A DNA stretch of 64,000 nucleotides from Podarcis bocagei. Lineage: Eukaryota. Location: assembly GCA_964188305.1 (NCBI GenBank), contig OZ076898.1. The stretch is one strand, 5' to 3'. The number at the start of each line of letters is the position of its first letter. The stretch's first letter is position 1. Below, piece after piece: positions 9,670-18,760 of this stretch. The notes below the pieces were generated by a model, which saw only the letters and a program-made list of their open reading frames with translations, had not been told where the DNA came from and did not search any database. The translations under genes were made by a program, and so were the position numbers.

Positions 9670-12600
9670 AAGTGCCCGTGCCAGAAGCTCCTCGACCTGC
9701 TCTAGTGATTGAAGTGTCGCTAGAGCTGCAGAATGGGCACCCCCTAAAAATAAAGGCGCTATTGGACTCAGGCAGCTCCTGCAATTTTATGAGCAAGGAG
9801 TTTGTTGCTGAACACCAGATACAGACCATCCCTTTAAGCAACCCCCTGCAGGTGACCACGATTGATGGCAGGGAGTTGTTGGGAGGAGGAGTCCGCTTGC
9901 AGACTGTCCCAATGATAATGAGGGTGGCAAGGCACACAGAACTGATAGCGTTTAATGTGGCCACCCTGGGAGGCGCTCCCATTATTTTGGGAATGAGCTG
10001 GCTAGCTCTACATGATCCGCTGGTTGGCTGGCATCAAAGAGTGGTGTCCTTTGGTTCAGCACATTGCCTAGAACACTGCAAAGGGGAGAAGGGTTCAGTA
10101 GGGGCCCAAGCCACCCTAGCAGGGACTGAAGTAATGGGAAAGGTGAAGGTACCACCACAGTATGCAGATCTCAGCGACGTGTTCAGCGAGAAGGAAGCTG
10201 ACCAACTACCACCTCATAGACCCTTTGATTGTCAGATCAATTTACTCCCTGGAGCACAGCTTCCCGTGGGCAAGTTGTATGCCATGTCAGACAGGGAAAT
10301 GCAGGAGTTGCGAGGGTTCATTGACAAGAACCTGAAGAGAGGCTTCATCAGAGAGTCCAAAGCAGCAGGGGGGAGCCCAGTGTTCTTTGTGGACAAAAAA
10401 AATGCGGACAAGCCGAGACTTGTATGTGATTTTAGGCGGCTGAATGCAGTGACTGAACCGGTGGCGTTCCCTATGCCCAGAATTGATGATATTTTGACCA
10501 TGGTGAGGAAGGGAAAGATTTTCACAAAGCTGGATCTAAGGGGGGCGTACAACCTGATACGCATAAGGAAAGGGGATGAATGGAAAACCACCATGTTTAC
10601 CCCTTTGGGGGCGTTTGAATACCTCGTTATGCCATTTGGATTACAAGCAGGCTCCGCGTGTTTTCAATCTTTTATGAACCACGTGCTGGGCCCTTTGCTC
10701 TACAAGAATTGCGTTGCCTTTCTAGATGATGTGTTGGTGTATTCTGAGAATGAGGAGCAACATGTGAGAGACGTCAGAGAAGTGTTGAGCAGACTGCAAG
10801 CCAACAGGCTGTGGGTCAAACTGGAGAAGTGTCGGTTCCATACCAAGGAGGTGGAATTCCTGGGGTACCGCCTGTCAGACAAGGGATTGGCCATGGATCC
10901 CGGCAAGGTACAGGCAGTGCTGGAATGGAAAACACCCAAAACCAAGAAGGATGTGCAGAGGTTCCTAGGGTTTGGAAACTTTTATCGTAAGTTCATCCGC
11001 AACTTCGCCCATCTGACGGCGCCCATCACTGACTGTCTCAGCAGTAAGAAGAAGTTTGTATGGACGGCGGAGGCGGGGCGAGCGTTTGAGGAACTGAAAA
11101 GGGCCTTCGCCTCTGAAGAACAACTTCTGCATGTGGATTTACGAAAGAAGCTAAGGGTTGAAACAGACGCATCTGACAGAGCCATAGGGGCGGTGCTTCT
11201 TCTGCAGCCGGGGAAGGAGGAGTCGGAGTGGCGTCCGTGTGCCTTCTTCTCGCGGAAGCTGAACAAATCCGAGAGGAACTACACGGTGTACGACCGAGAA
11301 CTGCTGGCTATTCATGAGGCGTTCCGGAGATGGAGGCATCTGCTAGTTGGTGCACAACATAAAGTGCAAGTGTGCACGGACCATAAAAATCTAGAGTACT
11401 GGAGAACGGCGCGAGTGCTCAACCAAAGGCAGTTGAGATGGGCCCAAGAGTTCTCCAAATTTAACTTTGAGATTTGTTATGTGCCAGGCCCAGAGAATGT
11501 TAGGGCGGACGCTCTCTCACGCAAGCCTGAATATTTGGAGGGGGAGGGAGCACCCGAAGAAACCCATATCATTCCAGAGGACCGCTGGGTGTGTGGGGCG
11601 ACTTTGGTGGGGCAAAGGGAATTGGTAGAGGGTACGGTGCAGGATGCATACGCCCAGGGGAAACTCAGGGATCTCAGAGGGGAGGAAGACAAACCCGGTG
11701 GTTTTGAGGAGAGAAATGGGGCATTGTATTATAAGGGAGCGTTATATATACCTGAAGGGGAATTGAGGGAGAAAGTACTCAAGCAGCTGCACGATAGCCC
11801 CACAGCAGGGCACTTTGGGCAACACAAAACCATGTGGCTGGTTACCAGGGAATTTTGGTGGCCCAAGGTCAGGGAAGATGTGCGGGAGTATGTGAGAGGG
11901 TGTGAACAATGCCAAAGAGCCAAGGGGGAGAGGCAGGCGCCGGCTGGTTTATTAGAACCACTGCCCACACCTGAGAGACCGTGGGAAGCAGTGGCAATAG
12001 ATTTCATGACTGATCTGCCAAGGTCTAGAGGGAAAACAGCCATCATGGTTGTAGTAGACCTGTTAACTAAAATGGCCCACTTCATAGCCTGCTCACATGC
12101 GGTTACAGCAGAAGAAACCGCCAAATTGTTTGTAGAGAATGTGTTTAGGTTGCATGGCGCCCCCTTGAGGGTGGTTTCAGACCGAGGGAAACAATTTACT
12201 TCCAGGTTCTGGAGGAAGCTCATGAGCTTACTGCATGTAGAGGTTAATTTCTCGACGGCCCGTCATCCTGAAACCAACGGGCAGGCGGAAAGAGCAAATG
12301 GGGTTCTCCAACAATATTTGAGGTGTTATGTTAATGACAGAGAGAATGATTGGGTGGAGAAGCTGGCGTTGGCAGAATTTGCCTACAACAATGCAGAGAA
12401 CGTGTCCACGGGGATGAGCCCCTTTTTGGCTAATCACGGGTGCCATCCCAGAGCCTTCCCAGGGGGGGAGGGGGAGAACTGGAGCGTTCCAGCTGCAGAA
12501 CAGTTCGTGGAAGAAATGGAAGCGATCCATCGCCAGCTCCAACTCAACTTAAACAGGGCTAAGGAGGAATATAAGAGGCAAGCAGACAAAAACAGAAGGG

Positions 12601-13568
12601 AAGGTGAAAGCATCAGGGTGGGGGACCAGGTGTGGCTGTCAACCCAAGGGTTGCCATTCAAAGGAGGTTGTAAGAAATTAAGACCCAAAAGGCTGGGTCC
12701 GTTTGAAGTCATACAGCAGGTCAATCCAGTGGCTTTCAGGCTCCGGTTACCGAACCACATGAAGCTGCACCCAGTTTTTCACAGGTCGTTGCTGTCACCG
12801 TATAGAGGAGACAGTGAGGGGAGGGTCACTAGGGGACCAGCAATGGAGGAGAAGGAACACAGCTACCATGTAGCGGAGATCCTCGATTCCAGGTGGAAGG
12901 GAGATCAAGTAGAGTATTTGGTAATGTGGGAAGGGGAACCGGAGTCGGAAAACACCTGGGTTAGGGCAGAGGATGTCAATGACGAGGTTTTAATAGAGAC
13001 TTTTCATCAGAGGTTCCCACGTAAACCTCAGCCTGTAGCGAGGTTCCGAAGGGAATACTTTGCCACCACCGACGAGGAAGAGGAGTTGGAGGGGTTCCCA
13101 GATTCTGAAGAGGAGGAGGATTCAGCTGGCCAGGACGACGATCGATGGAGAGAATTGTTCGAGACGTCAGAAGATGAGGAAGATTCGTTTCGGGGTTTTA
13201 GCCCTTCACCTCCCAGGGGGGAGGAATTGGGAGGGGGTGAGGGGGGCCCTGGAGGGGAGGTGGATGTCAGGGAACTGCCATCAGAGCATCAGGTGGTGGA
13301 GGGACTCAGGCAGGATGAAAGAGACTCAACTGCTGAAGCAGGGACCAGCAGGGGGAGGAGTGGGTCTCTGAGGGAATGCGAGCAGGAGGGAGGGCTCAGG
13401 GAGGCTTCCAGCGAAAACAGTGGGGAGGTATCGGAGTCTCCCATAGGGAGACCCATACCTCGCAGGAAACTGTCACGCCGTGAGTCCAGGAGACGCGTTT
13501 CCGTTAAGGAACTTCTTTGTTGGAAACGCTTCCGCAGACAGCCACTGTCGGACTCTACTAGTGACTAG
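9582..13568 (+). CDS. pol: Pol polyprotein (protease-RT-RNase H-integrase-chromodomain-acidic/basic tail), -1 frame relative to gag
   Basis: Frame open from 9582 (after TGA at 9579) to TAG 13566-13568. Protease ALLDSGS; RT LDLRGAY, VMPFGL, AFLDDVLVYS; RNase H VETDASD; integrase HHCC (LHDSPTAGH...CEQC), DDE (IDF/SDRG/AERAN), GPF motif; chromodomain YHVAEILDSR...YLVMWEG...ENTW. Confidence 0.96.
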   Translation, partial: GGRRRGSGAGKSQRLVATIGALQPGQRAVKVPVPEAPRPALVIEVSLELQNGHPLKIKALLDSGSSCNFMSKEFVAEHQIQTIPLSNPLQVTTIDGRELLGGGVRLQTVPMIMRVARHTELIAFNVATLGGAPIILGMSWLALHDPLVGWHQRVVSFGSAHCLEHCKGEKGSVGAQATLAGTEVMGKVKVPPQYADLSDVFSEKEADQLPPHRPFDCQINLLPGAQLPVGKLYAMSDREMQELRGFIDKNLKRGFIRESKAAGGSPVFFVDKKNADKPRLVCDFRRLNAVTEPVAFPMPRIDDILTMVRKGKIFTKLDLRGAYNLIRIRKGDEWKTTMFTPLGAFEYLVMPFGLQAGSACFQSFMNHVLGPLLYKNCVAFLDDVLVYSENEEQHVRDVREVLSRLQANRLWVKLEKCRFHTKEVEFLGYRLSDKGLAMDPGKVQAVLEWKTPKTKKDVQRFLGFGNFYRKFIRNFAHLTAPITDCLSSKKKFVWTAEAGRAFEELKRAFASEEQLLHVDLRKKLRVETDASDRAIGAVLLLQPGKEESEWRPCAFFSRKLNKSERNYTVYDRELLAIHEAFRRWRHLLVGAQHKVQVCTDHKNLEYWRTARVLNQRQLRWAQEFSKFNFEICYVPGPENVRADALSRKPEYLEGEGAPEETHIIPEDRWVCGATLVGQRELVEGTVQDAYAQGKLRDLRGEEDKPGGFEERNGALYYKGALYIPEGELREKVLKQLHDSPTAGHFGQHKTMWLVTREFWWPKVREDVREYVRGCEQCQRAKGERQAPAGLLEPLPTPERPWEAVAIDFMTDLPRSRGKTAIMVVVDLLTKMAHFIACSHAVTAEETAKLFVENVFRLHGAPLRVVSDRGKQFTSRFWRKLMSLLHVEVNFSTARHPETNGQAERANGVLQQYLRCYVNDRENDWVEKLALAEFAYNNAENVSTGMSPFLANHGCHPRAFPGGEGENWSVPAAEQFVEEMEAIHRQLQLNLNRAKEEYKRQADKNRREGESIRVGDQVWLSTQGLPFKGGCKKLRPKRLGPFEVIQQVNPVAFRLRLPNHMKLHPVFHRSLLSPYRGDSEGRVTRGPAMEEKEHSYHVAEILDSRWKGDQVEYLVMWEGEPESENTWVRAEDVNDEVLIETFHQRFPRKPQPVARFRREYFATTDEEEELEGFPDSEEEEDSAGQDDDRWRELFETSEDEEDSFRGFSPSPPRGEELGGGEGGPGGEVDVRELPSEHQVVEGLRQDERDSTAEAGTSRGRSGSLRECEQEGGLREASSENSGEVSESPIGRPIPRRKLSRRESRRRVSVKELLCWKRFRRQPLSDSTSD
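9609..9677 (+). promoter_or_regulatory. Predicted -1 programmed ribosomal frameshift cassette (slip site G_GTA_AAA, 6-nt spacer, H-type pseudoknot)
   Basis: Heptamer 9609-9615 is in gag phase. Stem 1 GCCTGGTTGC (9622-9631) pairs with GCAGCCAGGC (9647-9656), one G-U pair. Stem 2 GGGCACT (9640-9646) pairs with AGTGCCC (9671-9677). Confidence 0.75.
13251..13264 (+). promoter_or_regulatory. Polypurine tract (PPT)
   Basis: GGAGGGGAGGTGGA immediately 5' of the 3' LTR. Confidence 0.75.
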
Positions 13569-13672
13569 AGCAGACATGTCTGAGGAGCTCCGTCACACAC
13601 GGAGGTTTGTGGGGGCGCACAAACTCTGAGGGAGCACGTTTTCACGCACAAGCAGCTAATCAAACCCTCACA
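13265..13672 (+). repeat. 3' LTR (408 bp), first 304 nt overlapped by the pol ORF
   Basis: Direct repeat of 8203-8610, preceded by a purine-rich PPT and followed by the GTAGC TSD. Confidence 0.96.
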
Positions 13673-14502
13673 GTAGCCTTATGAGGACTGCATGCCAGAG
13701 GTGGGGATGGGGCTACAAGCAAAAGTGGACAGAACAATTAATGTTAATTTTACCTTTGTGCAGTAAGCTTGTGCTTATGTCCACTCAAATGTCCCTCTCT
13801 ATCTTCCACTGAGATAAGCAAGAAGCATTATTAGGGTTCAAGGACATATTGCATCCAGGCCAAAACACCCAAGGAGGGTGCAAAGAAGGGCTAGTGAAGG
13901 GTGTGGCCCGGGGGGCTGTATCCTGACAACCAGATAAAGATGCCTGGAGGGCCACATTCAGATCCTGGGACGAAGGTTTCCCATTCCTGGTGTATAGGCA
14001 CAGTAAGAAGTCACAGAAAATTGAATGTTGTGCCATTCCCCTTCCCCCACCCCCTGCTTTTTCATATTTTCTTAGGAGAGGCTGAGAATAAGGAACATAA
14101 GAACACAAGCCTGTAAGAACAAGCCAATGGCCCATCTAGTCCAGCATTCTGTTTGCGCAGTGCCTGACCAGATGCCTGGGGGGAAGCTTGCAAGCTGGAC
14201 ATGAGCGCAACAGCACTCTGCCCACCTGCGGTTCCCAGCAAGTGGGATTAGAGGTATAATGAGAACAGAAAGGCAGGTTCCTCTGGAAAGAAATCCTTGT
14301 TGGTTAGAGAGATGGGAAACATTGGGAGCCAGGATTCCTGTTTGTAAACAAGCAGGTTTGCCACCTTTTTTCTTTTCTTGCAGGGCTCCTGTCACGTAAC
14401 AGGCACAAGTTCAATAAATGCTGCCTTTTCCTGTATGGAGCTGCCCTACTGGCATATACCTAACCTGTTGCCTTCACGCTGACTTTAAAAAAAAGGCACA
14501 GC

Positions 14503-14505
<3 letters not shown>

Positions 14506-14556
<51 letters not shown>

Positions 14557-14575
14557 AGGGAGGGAGGGAGGGAAG
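14506..14575. repeat. (AG)n followed by (GGGA)n microsatellite
   Basis: Directly visible. Confidence 0.95.
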
Positions 14576-17500
14576 GAGGAAGCAGCCTACCTACCAACCT
14601 ACCTACCTTTGGATGAGTTATACATGGTTCAGTGGGTTAGAGGGGGAAGAAGAAGTTGGGACTCCAGGGTTCTCTGTATGCAAAATGTGGTTTAGAAGGT
14701 TCCAAGGATGGGGGAAGCTGAATTTTCAAGTTCTCTTGAGAGAATTGGAACCAAATGGTTTAGAAAAAGATTTTTTGTGGGGTGGGGTGGTGTTATATCC
14801 AGCAATCCTGAGTTCTCCAGAAGGAGAACAGGATGTGGCAGGCAGTTTAATCTGCATTGTGCCTGGAGCTGTTGGGGGTCCCACTCGTGTTAAATGGCTA
14901 ACAAGGGACTGACGGTGCCATAGCAACCACTACCACCTGCCATTTGGGCATCTGACACTGTGTGCTTATGCCTGTGTGATGGTTTACATTATAGGCACAG
15001 ATCCATGTGTATCTGTGGGTGAGCCACAATATCTGTCCTCAAGTTTGTGCAGAGGTGTTCAGGTCACCACTATGTGCCCATGTGTACGCAGGGAGGAGAG
15101 TGGAAGCAGAAAGAGAAGAGATGTTCCGCAGGTCACAGTGTACCTCTACATACGAAGGCACCAAAATGGCAGCGTACATGTGCCTATGAATTTAGGTATA
15201 TGGTGTGTTATTGTGTGCATGCAACTAATGTGGGCACATGCAGAGAAAGGCAGAGTATGCTACATGAGCTGCAATGTGCGTTTTTCTCCATGTCTGTACA
15301 ATGATTCCCTTGTGCTGCGTTGATTAACTGGTAGTGTGTAAGTGTGTGAGTGCATGTGGGTATGGCAGAGAAAGAGACGGAGGGTACCTGCACTGGACAG
15401 TCTGTCATGGTTATATGGCACTGTGTACATGATGTACACAAGCCAAATTTAAATATATATGCTTTATAATACAAGCAGATTTATATGTATTCATGGAGGA
15501 TAAGGCTATCTGTGGCTACCAGCCAAGATAGCTATGCTCTGCTTCCATTATCAGAGGCAGTAATGCTTCTGAATACCGGTAGCTGGAAGCCACAGGAGGA
15601 GAGAGTGCTCCTGGGCTCAGGTTTAACTCATGGGTTTCCCACAGGCATTTGGTTGGCCAATGTGAGAACAGGATGCTGGACTAGTTGGGCCATTGGCCTG
15701 ATCCATAAGGCTCTTCCTATGTTCTAATGTTTGTTTACATCAGATCACTAAAAGAACCTAAATGTGCAAATTCAGGCATCTCTAGCCCTGAGTCACCACC
15801 ACCATTGATTTTAACCCACTAGTACTTATTTTCCACAGAAATACGGAATGACTGCCCGCACCCATTCACCCACCTACGCATCCATCCTGGAACTATTTGT
15901 TAATACTGCTTAATTTCCCGTCTTACTTCCCGTCTTACTTAAATCTTCCCTCGCTGTCTCGTAGTCCTTAGTCTAGAACATGGAATCACTGTGAAATGTT
16001 AAAATGTTTGTGAGCAGGAAGAAACAGAAATATCCAGCAGTCAGGCCTAGCCTTTAATTGTGCTCTCAAAGGCTGGTCAAATCCTGCTGTTCCAAGGAGG
16101 AAATCTCCAAGAGATTCATCCGAGAGCTTTCCCTCCACATCCCCAGGATATGGGGGGATTTCCAGAGGCTGAGATTTGCTTATTAAATGGTTGGTCAGGG
16201 ACTGGCAGGATGAAGGATGTGGGAATCAAATTAGATGTAAAGGATAAGAGCAGGGATGGAGGGTGGGGGGGAGAGAAGTGAGAGAAAGTATAAGAGAAAA
16301 GGCCTGAGGAATCCTAGCTCCTGGCTGCTACTGGAACATGGGAAGCCAAATTATATAAAGTCAGCCCATTGGTCCATTGATCTCAGTACTGTTTACTCTG
16401 ACAAGCAGCAGCATTCCAGGATTTCAGACAGGAGTCTTTCCCAGTCCTAACCGGAGATGTGAGGGATTCAATCCGTGGCCTTCTGGATGCAAAGCATATG
16501 AATCAACCCAGACCCTTTGATCATCCTCTTTTTCATGTGCCTCCTCCGTTAGAGGTTCAGAGGGTGGCAACACAAGAATAGGCCTCTTCTGGGGTGGCGT
16601 CCCATTTGTGGAATGCTCTCCCTAGGGATGCTTACCTGGCGCCTTCATTGCATATCTTTAGGTGCCAGGTAAAAACATTCCTCTTCTTCTTGGCCTTTGG
16701 CCAATTAAATAATCTATGGCCTTTTTAACTATGTGGGTTTATTGTTTTCATTTGTTACTATGTTATGTAGTTTTGTGTTGCATAGAAATTGCGTAGAAGA
16801 GGGAATTATTGCAGGCAGTGTTTTTCCCAACTGTGCATGAAAAGCTATACCTATCCAAGTTTTCTCTTCTCCATAGCTACTCAGGAAAGAGGAGTCCTGT
16901 CCTCCTTGGCATCTGGTCTATTCTACCTTTTATATGCAACTTAGGTGTCCTGATCATTGGCACACATTCACAAACATGATTTTCCTTACAGATGTTACTT
17001 TCAGACTACTGCCTGTTAGCGCTGTTGAGGTTTTACTTTTTTGCAGTTAGGTAGACATAGAATTAAACAGAGGTTCTCTAAAAACATAATTCAGCAGTGC
17101 CCTTCTCCATGGCCAAGATCCTTCTATCTGTATACTCAAAGCAAGTCCCATTTAGCAAAGATCATCAGCAACATCGATTAAAAGTTTCCTCCTCAGTCTA
17201 TTTTATTTCTTCTTCTGTTAGTAGATTGGTTGTTAATTTCCATTTAACTCTGTTCCCCTCGGTGGGATGGTATTTCCCCCCTTTTATCATTCTGCTATTT
17301 TGTTATAAAATAAAGAAGAGGAAGGAAAATAATGGAAGAAAACCAGTAATTCACACATAAACAGGCACACGGTGAATTTAAGGTGAATCAATCACTAACC
17401 ATGCTGTACAGGATACAATAAAACAGTGACTGCAATCAGGAAGCTTCACATTAAAGGCACAATAACCCTTAAAAGTCTCAATAGCACTTTGCCTGTCATT

Positions 17501-18710
17501 ACTGGATTACAACCTGGCACTGCAATTATATTTCATTCCCCCCACCCTCCAAATCACCACAAATCAGGTCTGAAGGGAAAACAGGGGAAGGCTTTGCAAG
17601 AAGAACTTAACTGACAATTTAAAAATGACACTGGGTGGACTCCTTACAAAAAGTGAGTGAGGAAAGGACAGTGATTCCACAGAAAATTCTAGTGTGAATG
17701 CAACTTCCGTCTTGGGTGCCAAACAAGAGATAACATTTTGATAGGTGCAGGTTCTTTTACCCCTGCAACATGAAGAGCTGCACAGCCCTTAAAAGTACAA
17801 GAGTACCACCTTCCTTTGCATCTAGTCATCCTGCTCCAGCATCATCCTGTTGGTGAGAGCTTCTCACACCTGAAAAGAAGCATCTCTAACCTGCCAAACT
17901 CCACCTATATTCCAGAGAAGCCTGAAATAATGGCCAGCACACATGCACACATCTTTCTCAGTTGTGACAAATAAATAGATAAACCTACTAGACCTCATTC
18001 CCCTTCCACGAGATCGCTGCTGACCTTTCTCCCAGGTGACACAACTCAGAACCACTATTTCTCTCACATTCGCTGCATTTTTCTCCTTCTCCAGAATGCT
18101 CACTAGGTCTCATGCTTGTCAGTTAAGCACCCTGAGCCTTCAGCATCCCTCTCCTTTGCTGCAACCACTAACCCTCTCTCTCCTCCCAGAGGCTTCAGAA
18201 GCCGTGGCTCCCCTCTGAACTATAAAACAACGCTGAGGTTATGACATTCTGGCAAAATGCCAGGACTAGTCGCCCAGATAAGCTTCCCTAGGCAGTGGGA
18301 TTAGAGGCTTCATTAGGGATGGATTTCTTGCCCGAACCCAACCAAAGTGACTCGTTAGAAATAATGAGAAAGCCAGCCAGAGCCCAGAGAAGAGAGAGAC
18401 ACTCAAGAGAGAATGGTTTAAGGGAGGGTATTTTCTTCTCTAGGGAGCCCCTGTTCTAATCTGGGACCAGCTGACTTTAGACTCCCATCCTCCAGCCCCA
18501 TCATTGGTCACCTGGGTCAGGTCGGAGCAAGATAAATTGGTAGCAGCTCCAACATGACACTCAAGTCCTTGAGCCCTGGCAATTTATTATTCATTAAAAG
18601 CAGTGCGAGGCAATCACCTTGGATAGAGACATCTGTCTGCATTTATGAGGCAGCCCAGCAGTGGAAAGCATCCAGCACCTGGGAGAAAGAGTGGGTGGGT
18701 GGAAGGTGCA

Positions 18711-18760
18711 GATGGATGGATGGATGGATGGATGGATGGATGGATGGATGGATGGATGGA
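18711..18760. repeat. (GGAT)n microsatellite
   Basis: Directly visible. Confidence 0.95.

Larger units (their letters stand above)
8203..13672 (+). mobile_element. Full-length intact Ty3/Gypsy LTR retrotransposon, chromovirus (Tf1/sushi-like) lineage, 5470 bp
   Basis: Two 408-bp direct repeats (8203-8610, 13265-13672), both TG...CA with imperfect terminal inverted repeats TGTCAGGG/CCCTCACA. 5-bp TSD GTAGC at 8198-8202 and 13673-13677. Uninterrupted gag and pol ORFs in PR-RT-RH-IN-chromodomain order. Confidence 0.97.

Noticed and set aside
8503-12760. Multiple antisense ORFs (60-170 aa) inside the retrotransposon
   Set aside because: Expected shadow ORFs opposite a long coding frame, with no recognisable motifs.
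14504-14695. Low-complexity ORFs such as poly-RE here, poly-DGWM (18554), poly-HT (29529) and poly-I (56477)
   Set aside because: These are translations of microsatellites.
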